Sequence record: ON529860.1
Reading direction: 5' to 3' (one strand)
DNA length: 64,000 bases
In this document: in pieces, positions 55,128 to 63,412 of the stretch
Layout of the letters: the number at the start of each line of letters is the position of its first letter
Position numbering within the stretch: position 1 is the first letter of the stretch
Notes under the pieces: generated by a model
The model's input: the letters and a program-made list of their open reading frames with translations, nothing else
The model's database searches: none
What the model was told of the DNA's origin: nothing
Position numbers and translations under genes: made by a program

Positions 55128-55236
55128 GACCCCACGCTCAGAATGACCACGCCCGGCACAGCCCTTTCGGCTGTTCCCGTTCGGGATCATCTCGCCCTAA
55201 AAGATAACGCCCGGCACGATCTGCTCCCGAACGGGA

Positions 55237-55662
55237 TCAGACCGCTTGCGGTCGAACCGGCGCCACGTCCGTCTCGTGGCGACGCACCAACGGCGTGTCG
55301 ACGAAACGCTCGTCGGCGAACATCACCCCGACCAGCGCATAGAGGTCGGGATCAGCGGCGAATTCTTCCACCACGTCCATGACGAACATCTCGGCCGTCC
55401 AGCCCCAGCCGTTCGCCTGAACGATGGCCTGGTTCAGATCAAGCAGGCGCTGCACGGCTCGCTCGTCCCACACATAGAGGGCGCCGCCGAAGACGTTGCT
55501 TTCGGCTTCCGTGAAGACACGGTGCTTGAGATCGGTGGTCTGGAGCCAGGCCAGAGCCCGCTCCAGGGTCCACCCCGCCATAACGATGGTGCCCAGCGGC
55601 AGATACCCCATGGGCTTGTCGCGACCGACCCGCAGGAGATCGTTCATATAGGCTTCGGACAT
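55237..55662 (-). CDS. hypothetical protein, 141 aa
   Basis: AGGAGGA RBS. Confidence 0.8.
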   Translation of the reverse strand: MSEAYMNDLLRVGRDKPMGYLPLGTIVMAGWTLERALAWLQTTDLKHRVFTEAESNVFGGALYVWDERAVQRLLDLNQAIVQANGWGWTAEMFVMDVVEEFAADPDLYALVGVMFADERFVDTPLVRRHETDVAPVRPQAV

Positions 55663-55747
55663 GGGTCCTCCTGGTTCAGATATGACGCGTTCGGCCGCGC
55701 AAGGCGTCAGATATGACGCAGACGGGCAAGGTCACGCGGTTGTTGGG

Positions 55748-56089
55748 TCAAGCCGCGAGCGCGGCGATGGTCAGGGAGACCGCCGCCATAAGGACCATCT
55801 TGTGGGCGCCGCCGATCAGGCTGTCGCCGTAGGAGAGCGAGGCCGGGTCGCCCCAACTCCGGCGCTCCCGCCCCGCCAGCGTCAACATGCCCGCGAACAG
55901 GACGAGGAAGCCGGCGGTCGCCAGGAAGGTCAGGACGACCCAGCCCGCCGACAGTGGGAAGAAGGCGAACATGCCCCAGACCAGAAACAGGCCCAGGCTG
56001 AACCCGCCTTCGATGTCGCGGTGCAGGGGTTCGTAGTCGGCGGCCGCCATGCGGGCCGAGGCGAGACGCAGGTGAGTTTCACGATCCAT
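55748..56089 (-). CDS. membrane protein, 113 aa
   Basis: Three hydrophobic segments. Confidence 0.75.
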   Translation of the reverse strand: MDRETHLRLASARMAAADYEPLHRDIEGGFSLGLFLVWGMFAFFPLSAGWVVLTFLATAGFLVLFAGMLTLAGRERRSWGDPASLSYGDSLIGGAHKMVLMAAVSLTIAALAA

Positions 56090-56612
56090 GCAGGGGTCCT
56101 TTCAAGGCGTTGAGCACCGCCGCGACCGCGACGGGGTTCATGGTGAGCGGCTCGCCCTCGCCGCGCAGGCGGGCGGTCCAGTAGGCGTCCTGTTCCCGAA
56201 CATGGGCGCCCCAGTCCCGGACGTGCTGATCGGGTTGAGCCGGCAGTTCGGCGGTTCCGGCGCGGATGTCGCAGATCACGCCGAACTGCTCCAGGCAGAA
56301 GGTCTCGGCCATCTGGATGGCTTGATCCGTCGCGGGGCCTGGGGCGGCCTCGTAGAGGATCATGGCGTGCCACAGGGTCTCCTGCCCGACGGCGAAGGTC
56401 TGGCGGACATCTTCGCTGATCTCGGCCCCGACGATCTGCAACACGCCTGCGTGGAACCCTTGCAGGAAGTCGAAGGCGGCCCGACGCCCGTCATCATCGG
56501 CCGCATCCGCCACCGCGTAGATGCGCTCCAGCGCGTCCAGCACCAAGGCGTCTTCAGTCCCCCGCTGGCAGGCGTAGGCGAACGTCGCGAGGTCGTCAGC
56601 GCGATGGGTCAT
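56079..56612 (-). CDS. hypothetical protein, 177 aa
   Basis: ATGA coupling. Confidence 0.75.
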   Translation of the reverse strand: MTHRADDLATFAYACQRGTEDALVLDALERIYAVADAADDDGRRAAFDFLQGFHAGVLQIVGAEISEDVRQTFAVGQETLWHAMILYEAAPGPATDQAIQMAETFCLEQFGVICDIRAGTAELPAQPDQHVRDWGAHVREQDAYWTARLRGEGEPLTMNPVAVAAVLNALKGPLHGS

Positions 56613-56917
56613 CCCTGAGGCATGTCCATGGCGGGGCTGTCGCGCAAAATGCCGAAGGCCTCGGCGTCCGACAGGTTGCTGTCGAGTAGCTGTTGGGCCA
56701 TCCAGTGGCGGGTGGCGGAGATCGGGTGCGGTCCATCGGCGGCGCGGTTCAACGACAGGACCTTGACGGCCTCTTCGATCGTCAGGGCGTCCACCAGAGC
56801 CGCCGACGGCGTCGGCCCGCCGATGGTGGTCTGGAACAGCCTCTGGTCAACCACACGCAGGGTCGAGGCCATGGCGCGCAGGCGGTCCAGCAGGGAGGAG
56901 GCTTGGTCGTGGGTCAT
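56609..56917 (-). CDS. hypothetical protein, 102 aa
   Basis: Coupled ORF. Confidence 0.7.
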   Translation of the reverse strand: MTHDQASSLLDRLRAMASTLRVVDQRLFQTTIGGPTPSAALVDALTIEEAVKVLSLNRAADGPHPISATRHWMAQQLLDSNLSDAEAFGILRDSPAMDMPQG

Positions 56918-57327
56918 CAGGTCTCTTTCAGTTCGGGCGGAAGTTCAAACAGGCGGCGCTCGCCGGCCCGGTCGCGCCAGGCGTTGATCATCGCGACGGA
57001 CGCCGCGTAGCCGGTGATCTCGGCGTTCATCGTCGGGGTCAGCTTGAAGGCGGCGCGCAGGGCCTTCGCCCTGGGGTCTTCCCGCATCTGGACCAGATGC
57101 TCCGAAAGGGCCTTCATCGGGTGCGGACGGAACAGCAGGATGTCGAGGATGATCGACAGGTGCGACTGACCTGCCTGGTTCATGACCGCCTCGTGGATGG
57201 CGGTGTTCGCGGCCGAGGCGCCCATCCCAGGCTTGACGCCGAAGGCCCGGCACACGGGCGCCGCGATCTCGGGGTTCGCCCGAAGGTAACGCACGAAGAC
57301 GTCCACCGCGTCAGGACGTCCGCTCAT
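56917..57327 (-). CDS. hypothetical protein, 136 aa
   Basis: ATGA coupling. Confidence 0.75.
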   Translation of the reverse strand: MSGRPDAVDVFVRYLRANPEIAAPVCRAFGVKPGMGASAANTAIHEAVMNQAGQSHLSIILDILLFRPHPMKALSEHLVQMREDPRAKALRAAFKLTPTMNAEITGYAASVAMINAWRDRAGERRLFELPPELKET

Positions 57328-57629
57328 GCGCCGACCTCTTCAACGGGGTCCTGGCGCACACGGAAGACGCCGGGCGCGATCCGTTCGAAATGCGGACTGT
57401 TGGCGAGATGGTATCCGAACGGTTGGCCGGCGTCGGCCAGCTTGAAGGCGCCCGGCTGACCCTTGACCTCCTCCGCCAGTTCACATTCCACAAGCACACG
57501 CATCGAGCGCTTGTCGTAGCCGGTCGGGACGACCGCCTTGTGTGGGGCCGCGCGGCGTAGCCTAGCGAACAGCAGAGCCTGGCGATGGCTCAGGCCATAG
57601 GATCGGACGATGTTGTTGACGCTCGCCAT
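57324..57629 (-). CDS. hypothetical protein, 101 aa
   Basis: TGATG coupling from MASVNNIV. Confidence 0.7.
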   Translation of the reverse strand: MASVNNIVRSYGLSHRQALLFARLRRAAPHKAVVPTGYDKRSMRVLVECELAEEVKGQPGAFKLADAGQPFGYHLANSPHFERIAPGVFRVRQDPVEEVGA

Positions 57630-57961
57630 CACGCGTCGCCCTGGTAGGCCGCGAAGAGGCGCTGCGCTTCGGCGGCGCGCTTCAGCCGCCCGGCGATGCC
57701 GTCCTGGATGACCTGCTCGCAGTAGGCCTTGGCGGCGTCCGCCGACTCGAAGCCCAGCTTGCCGCTGTTGTTGACCACCGCGCCCCATTTATACTTGTAG
57801 AAGTCGAAGCCGATGTTCACACGGGCCTCGTAGTCGCCATGGATCAGCTTCCAGACGGGCTCGCCGTTGTTCTCTCCGGCGTTGCGCCACGTCATGGTGC
57901 GGTCGCCGACCGGCTCGGGGGTGAAGCGCTCCTGGGCCAGCGGATTAGGGGCGTCGGTCAT
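57629..57961 (-). CDS. hypothetical protein, 110 aa
   Basis: GAGGAG RBS. Confidence 0.75.
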   Translation of the reverse strand: MTDAPNPLAQERFTPEPVGDRTMTWRNAGENNGEPVWKLIHGDYEARVNIGFDFYKYKWGAVVNNSGKLGFESADAAKAYCEQVIQDGIAGRLKRAAEAQRLFAAYQGDA

Positions 57962-58203
57962 GCGATCTCCTCGAAGTTGATGCGGGCGATGAAGTAGCGC
58001 TGAGGGACCCGATCCCAGGCATCCTTGGTGGTCTTCAGGCGTTCGGTGCGGCGATCGTTCGCGCTCCTCAGAAATGCCTGGGCCTCGGCGAGGTCCATAG
58101 GGACCGAAACGCTCCAGACCTTTCCACTCCTCTCGATACGGACGACGTAAATCTTGTCCTGCTCAACAGGGGCGGGCGAAACAGATACTGATACAGCAGT
58201 CAT
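57958..58203 (-). CDS. hypothetical protein, 81 aa
   Basis: AAGGGA RBS; promoter at 58230. Confidence 0.7.
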   Translation of the reverse strand: MTAVSVSVSPAPVEQDKIYVVRIERSGKVWSVSVPMDLAEAQAFLRSANDRRTERLKTTKDAWDRVPQRYFIARINFEEIA

Positions 58204-58318
58204 GGGGTCCCTTCGGTTGATGCGGTCGGTGTAAAGGAACGATTTGCAGATGTCAATCGGAATATCACACAATGTCAGCCCGAGAGAGTTGACAGACGTC
58301 AATCACCCCGCTAGGAGT

Positions 58319-58478
58319 GCCGTCGTTGGTGGCGCTCCCACCCTCTCCCGAGGCGACGGCCAGACGGATCAAGAGGGTGACGTGGTAGGAGCCATGATTT
58401 TGATGAGGCCCGCCGGATCGCCGGCGTGAACGCGGGCCAGTCCGAGACATGCGGGTTCGACTCCCGGCCGCCGACCCA
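58319..58478 (+). ncRNA. candidate tRNA-like structured RNA (about 155 nt)
   Basis: TTGACA-N17-TAGGAG promoter; 3' T arm GGGTTCGACTCCC, CCGCCGA-C-CCA end pairing with TTGGTGG at 58326; extra long arms. Confidence 0.5.
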
Positions 58479-58496
58479 AATTCACTGGAGGGCCGC

Positions 58497-58943
58497 ATGA
58501 CCACGATCGCCGAACTGCTGGAGCAGACCCCTGCTCGCATTGACACCGGCATCGAGAAGCTGGTCGCCTCACGCTACAACCACGTCTCGGAGGTCGAGGA
58601 TCACCACCTCTACGGCGTGATCTACCGCGACGACTTCTGCCCTCTGATCGAGCAGCACATCTTCCACGAGGCGGTGTACGACTACCGCCGGGCCTGGGTG
58701 CTGTTCGGCGTGCGCTTCAACGGCGCCTGGGTCATGCTGTGCTCGAATGCCGGCCGTGAACTGGACGACTACGCCCAACGTCAGGTCCTGGACGCCGAGG
58801 CCTATGTCGCCATGATCGCCTACATTCGGTCCGAACTCGTGCGGCATGGCGAGACGCCGCTGCCCGAGGTCACGCCGCTGGACACCGAAGTCCAATTCAC
58901 CTTCTACGGGCATGACGTCCGTGAGCCGCACTACCACTTCTAG
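58497..58943 (+). CDS. hypothetical protein, 148 aa
   Basis: GGAGG RBS. Confidence 0.8.
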   Translation: MTTIAELLEQTPARIDTGIEKLVASRYNHVSEVEDHHLYGVIYRDDFCPLIEQHIFHEAVYDYRRAWVLFGVRFNGAWVMLCSNAGRELDDYAQRQVLDAEAYVAMIAYIRSELVRHGETPLPEVTPLDTEVQFTFYGHDVREPHYHF

Positions 58944-58950
58944 GAGCCCC

Positions 58951-59457
58951 ATGAACTTCGCCGACCTCAAGAACCTGCTGGCCCGACACGGCTTCGGCAA
59001 CATCACCGCGATCAACCATGTCGCGGGATCGCTGCGCGAGGCTGGGCTGATCCAGGCCGGCACGAAGACGCCCATGACGGCCGAGGACGCCGTGGCGATG
59101 ATCCTGGGTATGTCGTGCCGGGGGACGGTGCGCGAGAAGTTCCACAACGTCGAGGCGCTGCTGGCGATGCGCGGGATTAGCTACGGGCACGCGTGGACGG
59201 ATGAAAACCGCACTTTCGGCGCGTTGTTCGCCCACTTGCTTCGGGCCTATCAGCCGGACCAACGCCGCCACAGCCTGTCGATTTCGCCCGATCGCCCTGT
59301 GGCGACCTACACCTGCCATGACACCTATACAGCGGATTCCTCGGGGATCGCCTACGGCAAAGGGGTGAGTGCGACCGCGCCCCTGGCGCCGGTGATCTGG
59401 ACCGTGTCGATCAGTCACGACGTCCTGCATGACGTCGCCCTGTCTCTGCGCGCCTAA
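58951..59457 (+). CDS. hypothetical protein, 168 aa
   Basis: AGGAG RBS. Confidence 0.75.
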   Translation: MNFADLKNLLARHGFGNITAINHVAGSLREAGLIQAGTKTPMTAEDAVAMILGMSCRGTVREKFHNVEALLAMRGISYGHAWTDENRTFGALFAHLLRAYQPDQRRHSLSISPDRPVATYTCHDTYTADSSGIAYGKGVSATAPLAPVIWTVSISHDVLHDVALSLRA

Positions 59458-59475
59458 TCCCTCAAGACGCCCAAC

Positions 59476-59512
59476 AAAAAGGCCCTGCCCGTTCCCAGGT
59501 CAGGGCCTTTAT
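59476..59512. terminator. bidirectional intrinsic terminator
   Basis: AAAAAGGCCCTG...CAGGGCCTTT between convergent genes. Confidence 0.75.
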
Positions 59513-59532
59513 TAGCAGTCGAGCCGCCTATA

Positions 59533-60156
59533 TTAGACGCCGTAGCCCGGCTCAAGCGCGCGCCGCATGTTCTGGCGCGCCTGCACTTCCAGCGGCTTGA
59601 ACTGCTCGGTGAAGAAGATCGACGGCTGCTCCAGGGTGTGCTGGAGAAAGGCGCGACGCCCCTTCTCATAGGCGTCGGGGTCCAGCCCGCCCGACAGGAA
59701 CTCCAGCTTCAGGTTCTCGCTGTTGCGGTCGTATTCGTCAGGGTCGGCCGCCAGCGGCGCCATGTCCAGGTCGACCATGTGGCGGATCATGTGGCGCACC
59801 GACGGGTCGTCATGCTGGAACTCGTCCGGATTGTGATTGATCGTCACCAGGATCAGCGCCTCGGCGATCTCCGGCCGAACGAACAGGCCCTTCGCGCGCC
59901 ACGCCTCCAGGCTCTGGCGCTCGTTCCACCCCTTCTCGCGTCCGATCTGGTAGACGCAGTCGTGCGCGGCCACGGCGGTGCGGAAGATCACCTCCAGGTA
60001 GGCCGGGAAGTAGGGCTTGCGGTAGCCGAGGACGCGCAGACCGCGCGTGGCGCCGCTGTCGTGCATTTCCAGCATCTCCAGGACGTGGAAGACGCTGTGG
60101 TAGCGGCGGTGCGGCTCGTCGTAGAGGCGCAGGAGTTCGAGTTGGGTGAGGTTCAT
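59533..60156 (-). CDS. HD-superfamily metal-dependent phosphohydrolase (COG4339-like)
   Basis: YDEPHRRYHSVFH, AAHDCVY, NERQS, DLDMAPLA motifs. Confidence 0.85.
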   Translation of the reverse strand: MNLTQLELLRLYDEPHRRYHSVFHVLEMLEMHDSGATRGLRVLGYRKPYFPAYLEVIFRTAVAAHDCVYQIGREKGWNERQSLEAWRAKGLFVRPEIAEALILVTINHNPDEFQHDDPSVRHMIRHMVDLDMAPLAADPDEYDRNSENLKLEFLSGGLDPDAYEKGRRAFLQHTLEQPSIFFTEQFKPLEVQARQNMRRALEPGYGV

Positions 60157-60168
60157 GTGGGCCTGCGG

Positions 60169-60402
60169 TTACCGGTTGAGCGAGAGGCGTCCCGCATGGA
60201 ACGCCCGGATCGGGTTGAGCCCGTCGTCCAGTGGCTGGAACGCCTTCCACAGGTCTGTGCGCCAGGGCTTGGTCAGGGCGAGGATGCGGTCGCGTTCGGC
60301 GCCCTCCAGCACTTCGCCGGTGTCGGGATCGACGACATAGAAGTCGTGCGTCATCAGCCGGCGGAAGGCGTCGCACATCTGTTCGGAGGGGTTTGTCCGC
60401 AT
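60169..60402 (-). CDS. hypothetical protein, 77 aa
   Basis: AAGGTG RBS; TTGACA upstream. Confidence 0.7.
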   Translation of the reverse strand: MRTNPSEQMCDAFRRLMTHDFYVVDPDTGEVLEGAERDRILALTKPWRTDLWKAFQPLDDGLNPIRAFHAGRLSLNR

Positions 60403-60450
60403 AGCTTCACCTTGCGCATGCCGCCGCGAATGTCAAGGATACCGACAATG

Positions 60451-60655
60451 CAAAACGCCCCCGGCGAACCGGAGGCGTCAGGGTGGCGTAGAACAAACGA
60501 CACGATCCGAAAAGGGTCCGGGCTCCACTCCCCCGTTAGCTGTTCGGCCGGCTCACCGTAAGGCCCGACGGTGATCGTCGCCGGGTTGCAGTCCTACCCC
60601 CGGCTGGCTTGGCTTAATCCAGGGACTCAAGGTCCCCAGTTGCTGCGCCGCTATG
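60451..60655 (-). ncRNA. candidate stand-alone structured RNA (about 200 nt with terminator)
   Basis: TTGACT at 60685-90; several hairpins; terminator GACGCCTCCGG-TTCG-CCGGGGCGTTTT at 60451-80; no ORF. Confidence 0.45.
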
Positions 60656-60686
60656 CCTGTATATGGTGCCTGAATAGGCGTAAAAG

Positions 60687-60896
60687 TCAAGCTTTCAGCG
60701 CCGCCTTGCGCATCCGGGCCGCCAGAGGATCGTCGGCGCCGCGAGGCTCGACGCCGTCCGGCAGCACGCTATAGGCGACGAACGGATTGCGCCGGTGCGC
60801 CCCGACCTTGATCATCGACAGCACGGTCTTCTCGCGCAGGACCAGGTAGCAGGGTTCGTCCCGAAACCAGACCTCATAGCGCCGACGTTTCGACAT
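60687..60896 (-). CDS. hypothetical protein, 69 aa
   Basis: Coupled ORF. Confidence 0.65.
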   Translation of the reverse strand: MSKRRRYEVWFRDEPCYLVLREKTVLSMIKVGAHRRNPFVAYSVLPDGVEPRGADDPLAARMRKAALKA

Positions 60897-61081
60897 CAGC
60901 CGGGAAACATCGCCGAGCGCTGTTCCGGCGTCAGGCGCGGACTCGGCAGGCGTGTCCGTAGACGTGTGGCGATCCGCCGGGCCAGGTCATAGTCGGCCTC
61001 CTCCAGGAACTCGGGGGTCACGTCTTCCAGCGCGTTGAACCACTGGCGCAGCAGGTCGATCTCTTCATCGCTGAAAATCAC
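60896..61081 (-). CDS. hypothetical protein, 61 aa
   Basis: Coupled ORF. Confidence 0.65.
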   Translation of the reverse strand: MIFSDEEIDLLRQWFNALEDVTPEFLEEADYDLARRIATRLRTRLPSPRLTPEQRSAMFPG

Positions 61082-61602
61082 AGCTTCACAATCCCCTCGC
61101 AGGTGCGGGTGTAATAGAGCGCGCCCTGGACGGCCGGGTGCTGGTAGTAGGAGAAGCCGCAGCGGCAGACGACGTCGCCGCCGGCGCGTGGCACGCCGAC
61201 CTCGTCGATGTAGTGACGATCGGCCTCGGCCAGCAGGTGCGGCGCGTTGCCGTTCTGGTCATAGCCCAGGCTCTCGCGCATGGTGTCGGGGATGCCGAAC
61301 AGGCGCTTGTCGCGCCGGGCCTCGATCTCCTTGCACAGGTCGCTGTAGGCTTTGATGATCCACAGCGACGCGTCGCGTTGGGCGCTCGGGTCGCCCTCGT
61401 AGTAGGCGATGACTGGGTTCATCTCGTTGAGGTAGACAGTCCACCCCGGCCCTTTCGCCTTGGTCCCCTCTACCTGGACGCCGTAGATGTCCCCTTGATA
61501 CCGGCGCAGCACGGTCCTCAACAGGTCCCCGCCGGACCCAGGCTCCATCTCCACCACGCCTTCCGGCAGGAACTTCGCCCGCCGCTCGCGCACTGTCGTC
61601 AT
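61078..61602 (-). CDS. hypothetical protein with C-terminal CRCG..HP..C motif, 174 aa
   Basis: ATGA coupling. Confidence 0.75.
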   Translation of the reverse strand: MTTVRERRAKFLPEGVVEMEPGSGGDLLRTVLRRYQGDIYGVQVEGTKAKGPGWTVYLNEMNPVIAYYEGDPSAQRDASLWIIKAYSDLCKEIEARRDKRLFGIPDTMRESLGYDQNGNAPHLLAEADRHYIDEVGVPRAGGDVVCRCGFSYYQHPAVQGALYYTRTCEGIVKL

Positions 61603-61796
61603 CCGTATCGTCCTTCATCTTCACGCCGACGCGGCATGTCATGATCTTCGCGGCGGTCCTCGAAGACCTCGATCGCCCGCGTCAGGCGCTCTCGCACATG
61701 CTGCCGCCGCGCGTCTTTCCTGATCTTCGGCAGTTCATCTAGCGCCAGGCGCAGGGCGTCCTCGATCATGTCGCCGTAGTCGTCGTCGATGATCAC
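61599..61796 (-). CDS. hypothetical protein, 65 aa
   Basis: GTGA coupling. Confidence 0.65.
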   Translation of the reverse strand: MIIDDDYGDMIEDALRLALDELPKIRKDARRQHVRERLTRAIEVFEDRREDHDMPRRREDEGRYG

Positions 61797-62044
61797 GCGG
61801 GGTCCGCCTTCGGCAGCGAATCCACGATGACGTGCCCCGCGACGTCGAGCCGCAGGCCTTGACCGTCCCCCGCGAACTCGCCCGCCAACTGCTGGGCCGC
61901 GCCGGACGGATCAGGCTTGTGCCAGACCTGCCAGCCGCCGGCGCGGGTGCAGGTGATCTCGACATTGTAGGGCAGGTCGAAGATCGACGTGCGCTCCATG
62001 TCCTCGGTCGTCAGGTGCAGGTCGTGATATGAGGGCGCGGTCAC
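61793..62044 (-). CDS. hypothetical protein, 83 aa
   Basis: GTGA coupling from MTAPSYHD. Confidence 0.65.
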   Translation of the reverse strand: MTAPSYHDLHLTTEDMERTSIFDLPYNVEITCTRAGGWQVWHKPDPSGAAQQLAGEFAGDGQGLRLDVAGHVIVDSLPKADPA

Positions 62045-62343
62045 CGCTTGACCTCGAAGGTCGTGCCGTTGGGGCTCTGGAGGATTTCGCCGTAGAGCGG
62101 CACGACGTCGAACACCTCGGTCGAGCCGTCGGCCCAGCCCTTCGCCCCGCGCAGGTCCCGCGTTTGCAGCAGGCGCAGGTGCGCTTCGCCGATGTCGAAG
62201 TCGTGGAAGATCGTGCCGTGGTGGGGCGCTCGGGTCCAAGTCGACGGCGTCATGTAATAACGGACCTGGACGGCGCCGTCGGGCGCAGTCTTGGTCGAGC
62301 GCAGGACGTAGCAGTTCTCTTCCAGCAGGGTGATCTTGCTCAC
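62041..62343 (-). CDS. hypothetical protein, 100 aa
   Basis: Coupled ORF. Confidence 0.7.
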   Translation of the reverse strand: MSKITLLEENCYVLRSTKTAPDGAVQVRYYMTPSTWTRAPHHGTIFHDFDIGEAHLRLLQTRDLRGAKGWADGSTEVFDVVPLYGEILQSPNGTTFEVKR

Positions 62344-62651
62344 AGTCCGGCCGCCTGGCGCGCCGCCTTGATGTCGCCGATGCGCACCGAGACCTGATTG
62401 AGCATGACCCGGTCATTGTCCTTCAGCCCGTGCCAATCCCCGTCGCTCGGCCCGCCGTAATACCCGGCAGCGGTCTTGGCGACCTGATCCAAGGCGCCAA
62501 GACGCACGAACGCCGCGCTCAACAGATCACGGGCGTGCCCGCCTAGTCCGTGCGGCACCAGGGCGTCGGCCTCGTCCAGGGCCAGTACGGCGCCGATGCT
62601 GCCCAGGAGGTTGGCGTTGTCGCCCCGGAAGGTGTCGGTGATTTCGGTCAT
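62340..62651 (-). CDS. hypothetical protein, 103 aa
   Basis: Coupled ORF. Confidence 0.7.
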   Translation of the reverse strand: MTEITDTFRGDNANLLGSIGAVLALDEADALVPHGLGGHARDLLSAAFVRLGALDQVAKTAAGYYGGPSDGDWHGLKDNDRVMLNQVSVRIGDIKAARQAAGL

Positions 62652-62654
62652 GGC

Positions 62655-63092
62655 TTATCCAATACGGAAGACGATGCGTTCGACGCCGAGCGCCCGCATC
62701 TGGTGAAGGTCAGAGAAGTAGGCCTCGCCCAGGTGTTCGCGCACCGACATGGACACGCCGGCGTCAGGCGGCCGCTGATTGACGAAGGTCTGATCGTAGT
62801 CGAACGCCAGCATCTCCTCCAGCGTCAGCCAGGACTTGACCCCGTCCCCGAGATCGTAGGCGTCGGCCCAGGCGGTCCAGCGGGCGAACCCGCCCATCTC
62901 GTAGGGCGGTTCGTCGGGCCAGTCGGCGGGCAGGTGCCGGGGTTCTGCGATGCTGGGCGCGGCCGCGTAGTTGCGTTGGTTCGCCAGGACGCCGAAGATG
63001 TCATAGGCGCCCCATTCCGGATCGAACGCGATCGGCTCCCAGACCCCGGCGCCGTTACGGCGTTGTGCGACCAGTTTGAGAGAGGCGCTCAC
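62655..63092 (-). CDS. conserved phage hypothetical protein, 145 aa (YDIFGVLANQRN...KSWLTLEEML)
   Basis: Motif pattern familiar from phage proteins; coupled. Confidence 0.75.
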   Translation of the reverse strand: MSASLKLVAQRRNGAGVWEPIAFDPEWGAYDIFGVLANQRNYAAAPSIAEPRHLPADWPDEPPYEMGGFARWTAWADAYDLGDGVKSWLTLEEMLAFDYDQTFVNQRPPDAGVSMSVREHLGEAYFSDLHQMRALGVERIVFRIG

Positions 63093-63412
63093 GACACCAT
63101 ATCCGCAAGCACCGTCTGCGCTTTCCTGTATTCGATCTCCAGGAGCCCGGCGATGTGGGCCTCAGGATCGTATTGAAGGGCGAAGTCCGGGTGGAACCAG
63201 AACCGGGCATGGTTGGAAATCCCGTCCGGCTCGCGGTAGGTCCAGAGCCCGCCATGGCCCTGCATCAGTCCTTCCGACAGGCTGTAGCCGGGGCGCCGCG
63301 TGATGCCGTCGAAATGCCCGCCGTCGATGTAGCCGGGTGTCGCCGCCCCGCCGAACGCCGCGTAGATGGCCTGGAACATGAGACGTTCCTTTTCCGTGGC
63401 GTAGCGGATCAT
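63089..63412 (-). CDS. hypothetical protein, 107 aa
   Basis: GGGAGG RBS, ATGA coupling. Confidence 0.7.
   Translation of the reverse strand: MIRYATEKERLMFQAIYAAFGGAATPGYIDGGHFDGITRRPGYSLSEGLMQGHGGLWTYREPDGISNHARFWFHPDFALQYDPEAHIAGLLEIEYRKAQTVLADMVS

Larger units (their letters stand above)
46780..58256 (-). promoter_or_regulatory. four related promoters TTGACA-N11-TTCCTTTACA
   Basis: At 46780-46806, 49761-49787, 51962-51988, 58230-58256, each directly upstream of a minus-strand operon. Confidence 0.65.

Noticed and set aside
58399-58450. Hammerhead ribozyme (UUGAUGA followed by a stem)
   Set aside because: Lacks CUGANGA and the GAAA after stem II; no stem I/III geometry.
60520-60560. c-di-AMP (ydaO) or SAM-I riboswitch resemblance (CAGCUAAC, AACCCGGCGAC)
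   Set aside because: Only short fragments match; the other conserved segments are missing and the RNA is not a leader of the next gene.
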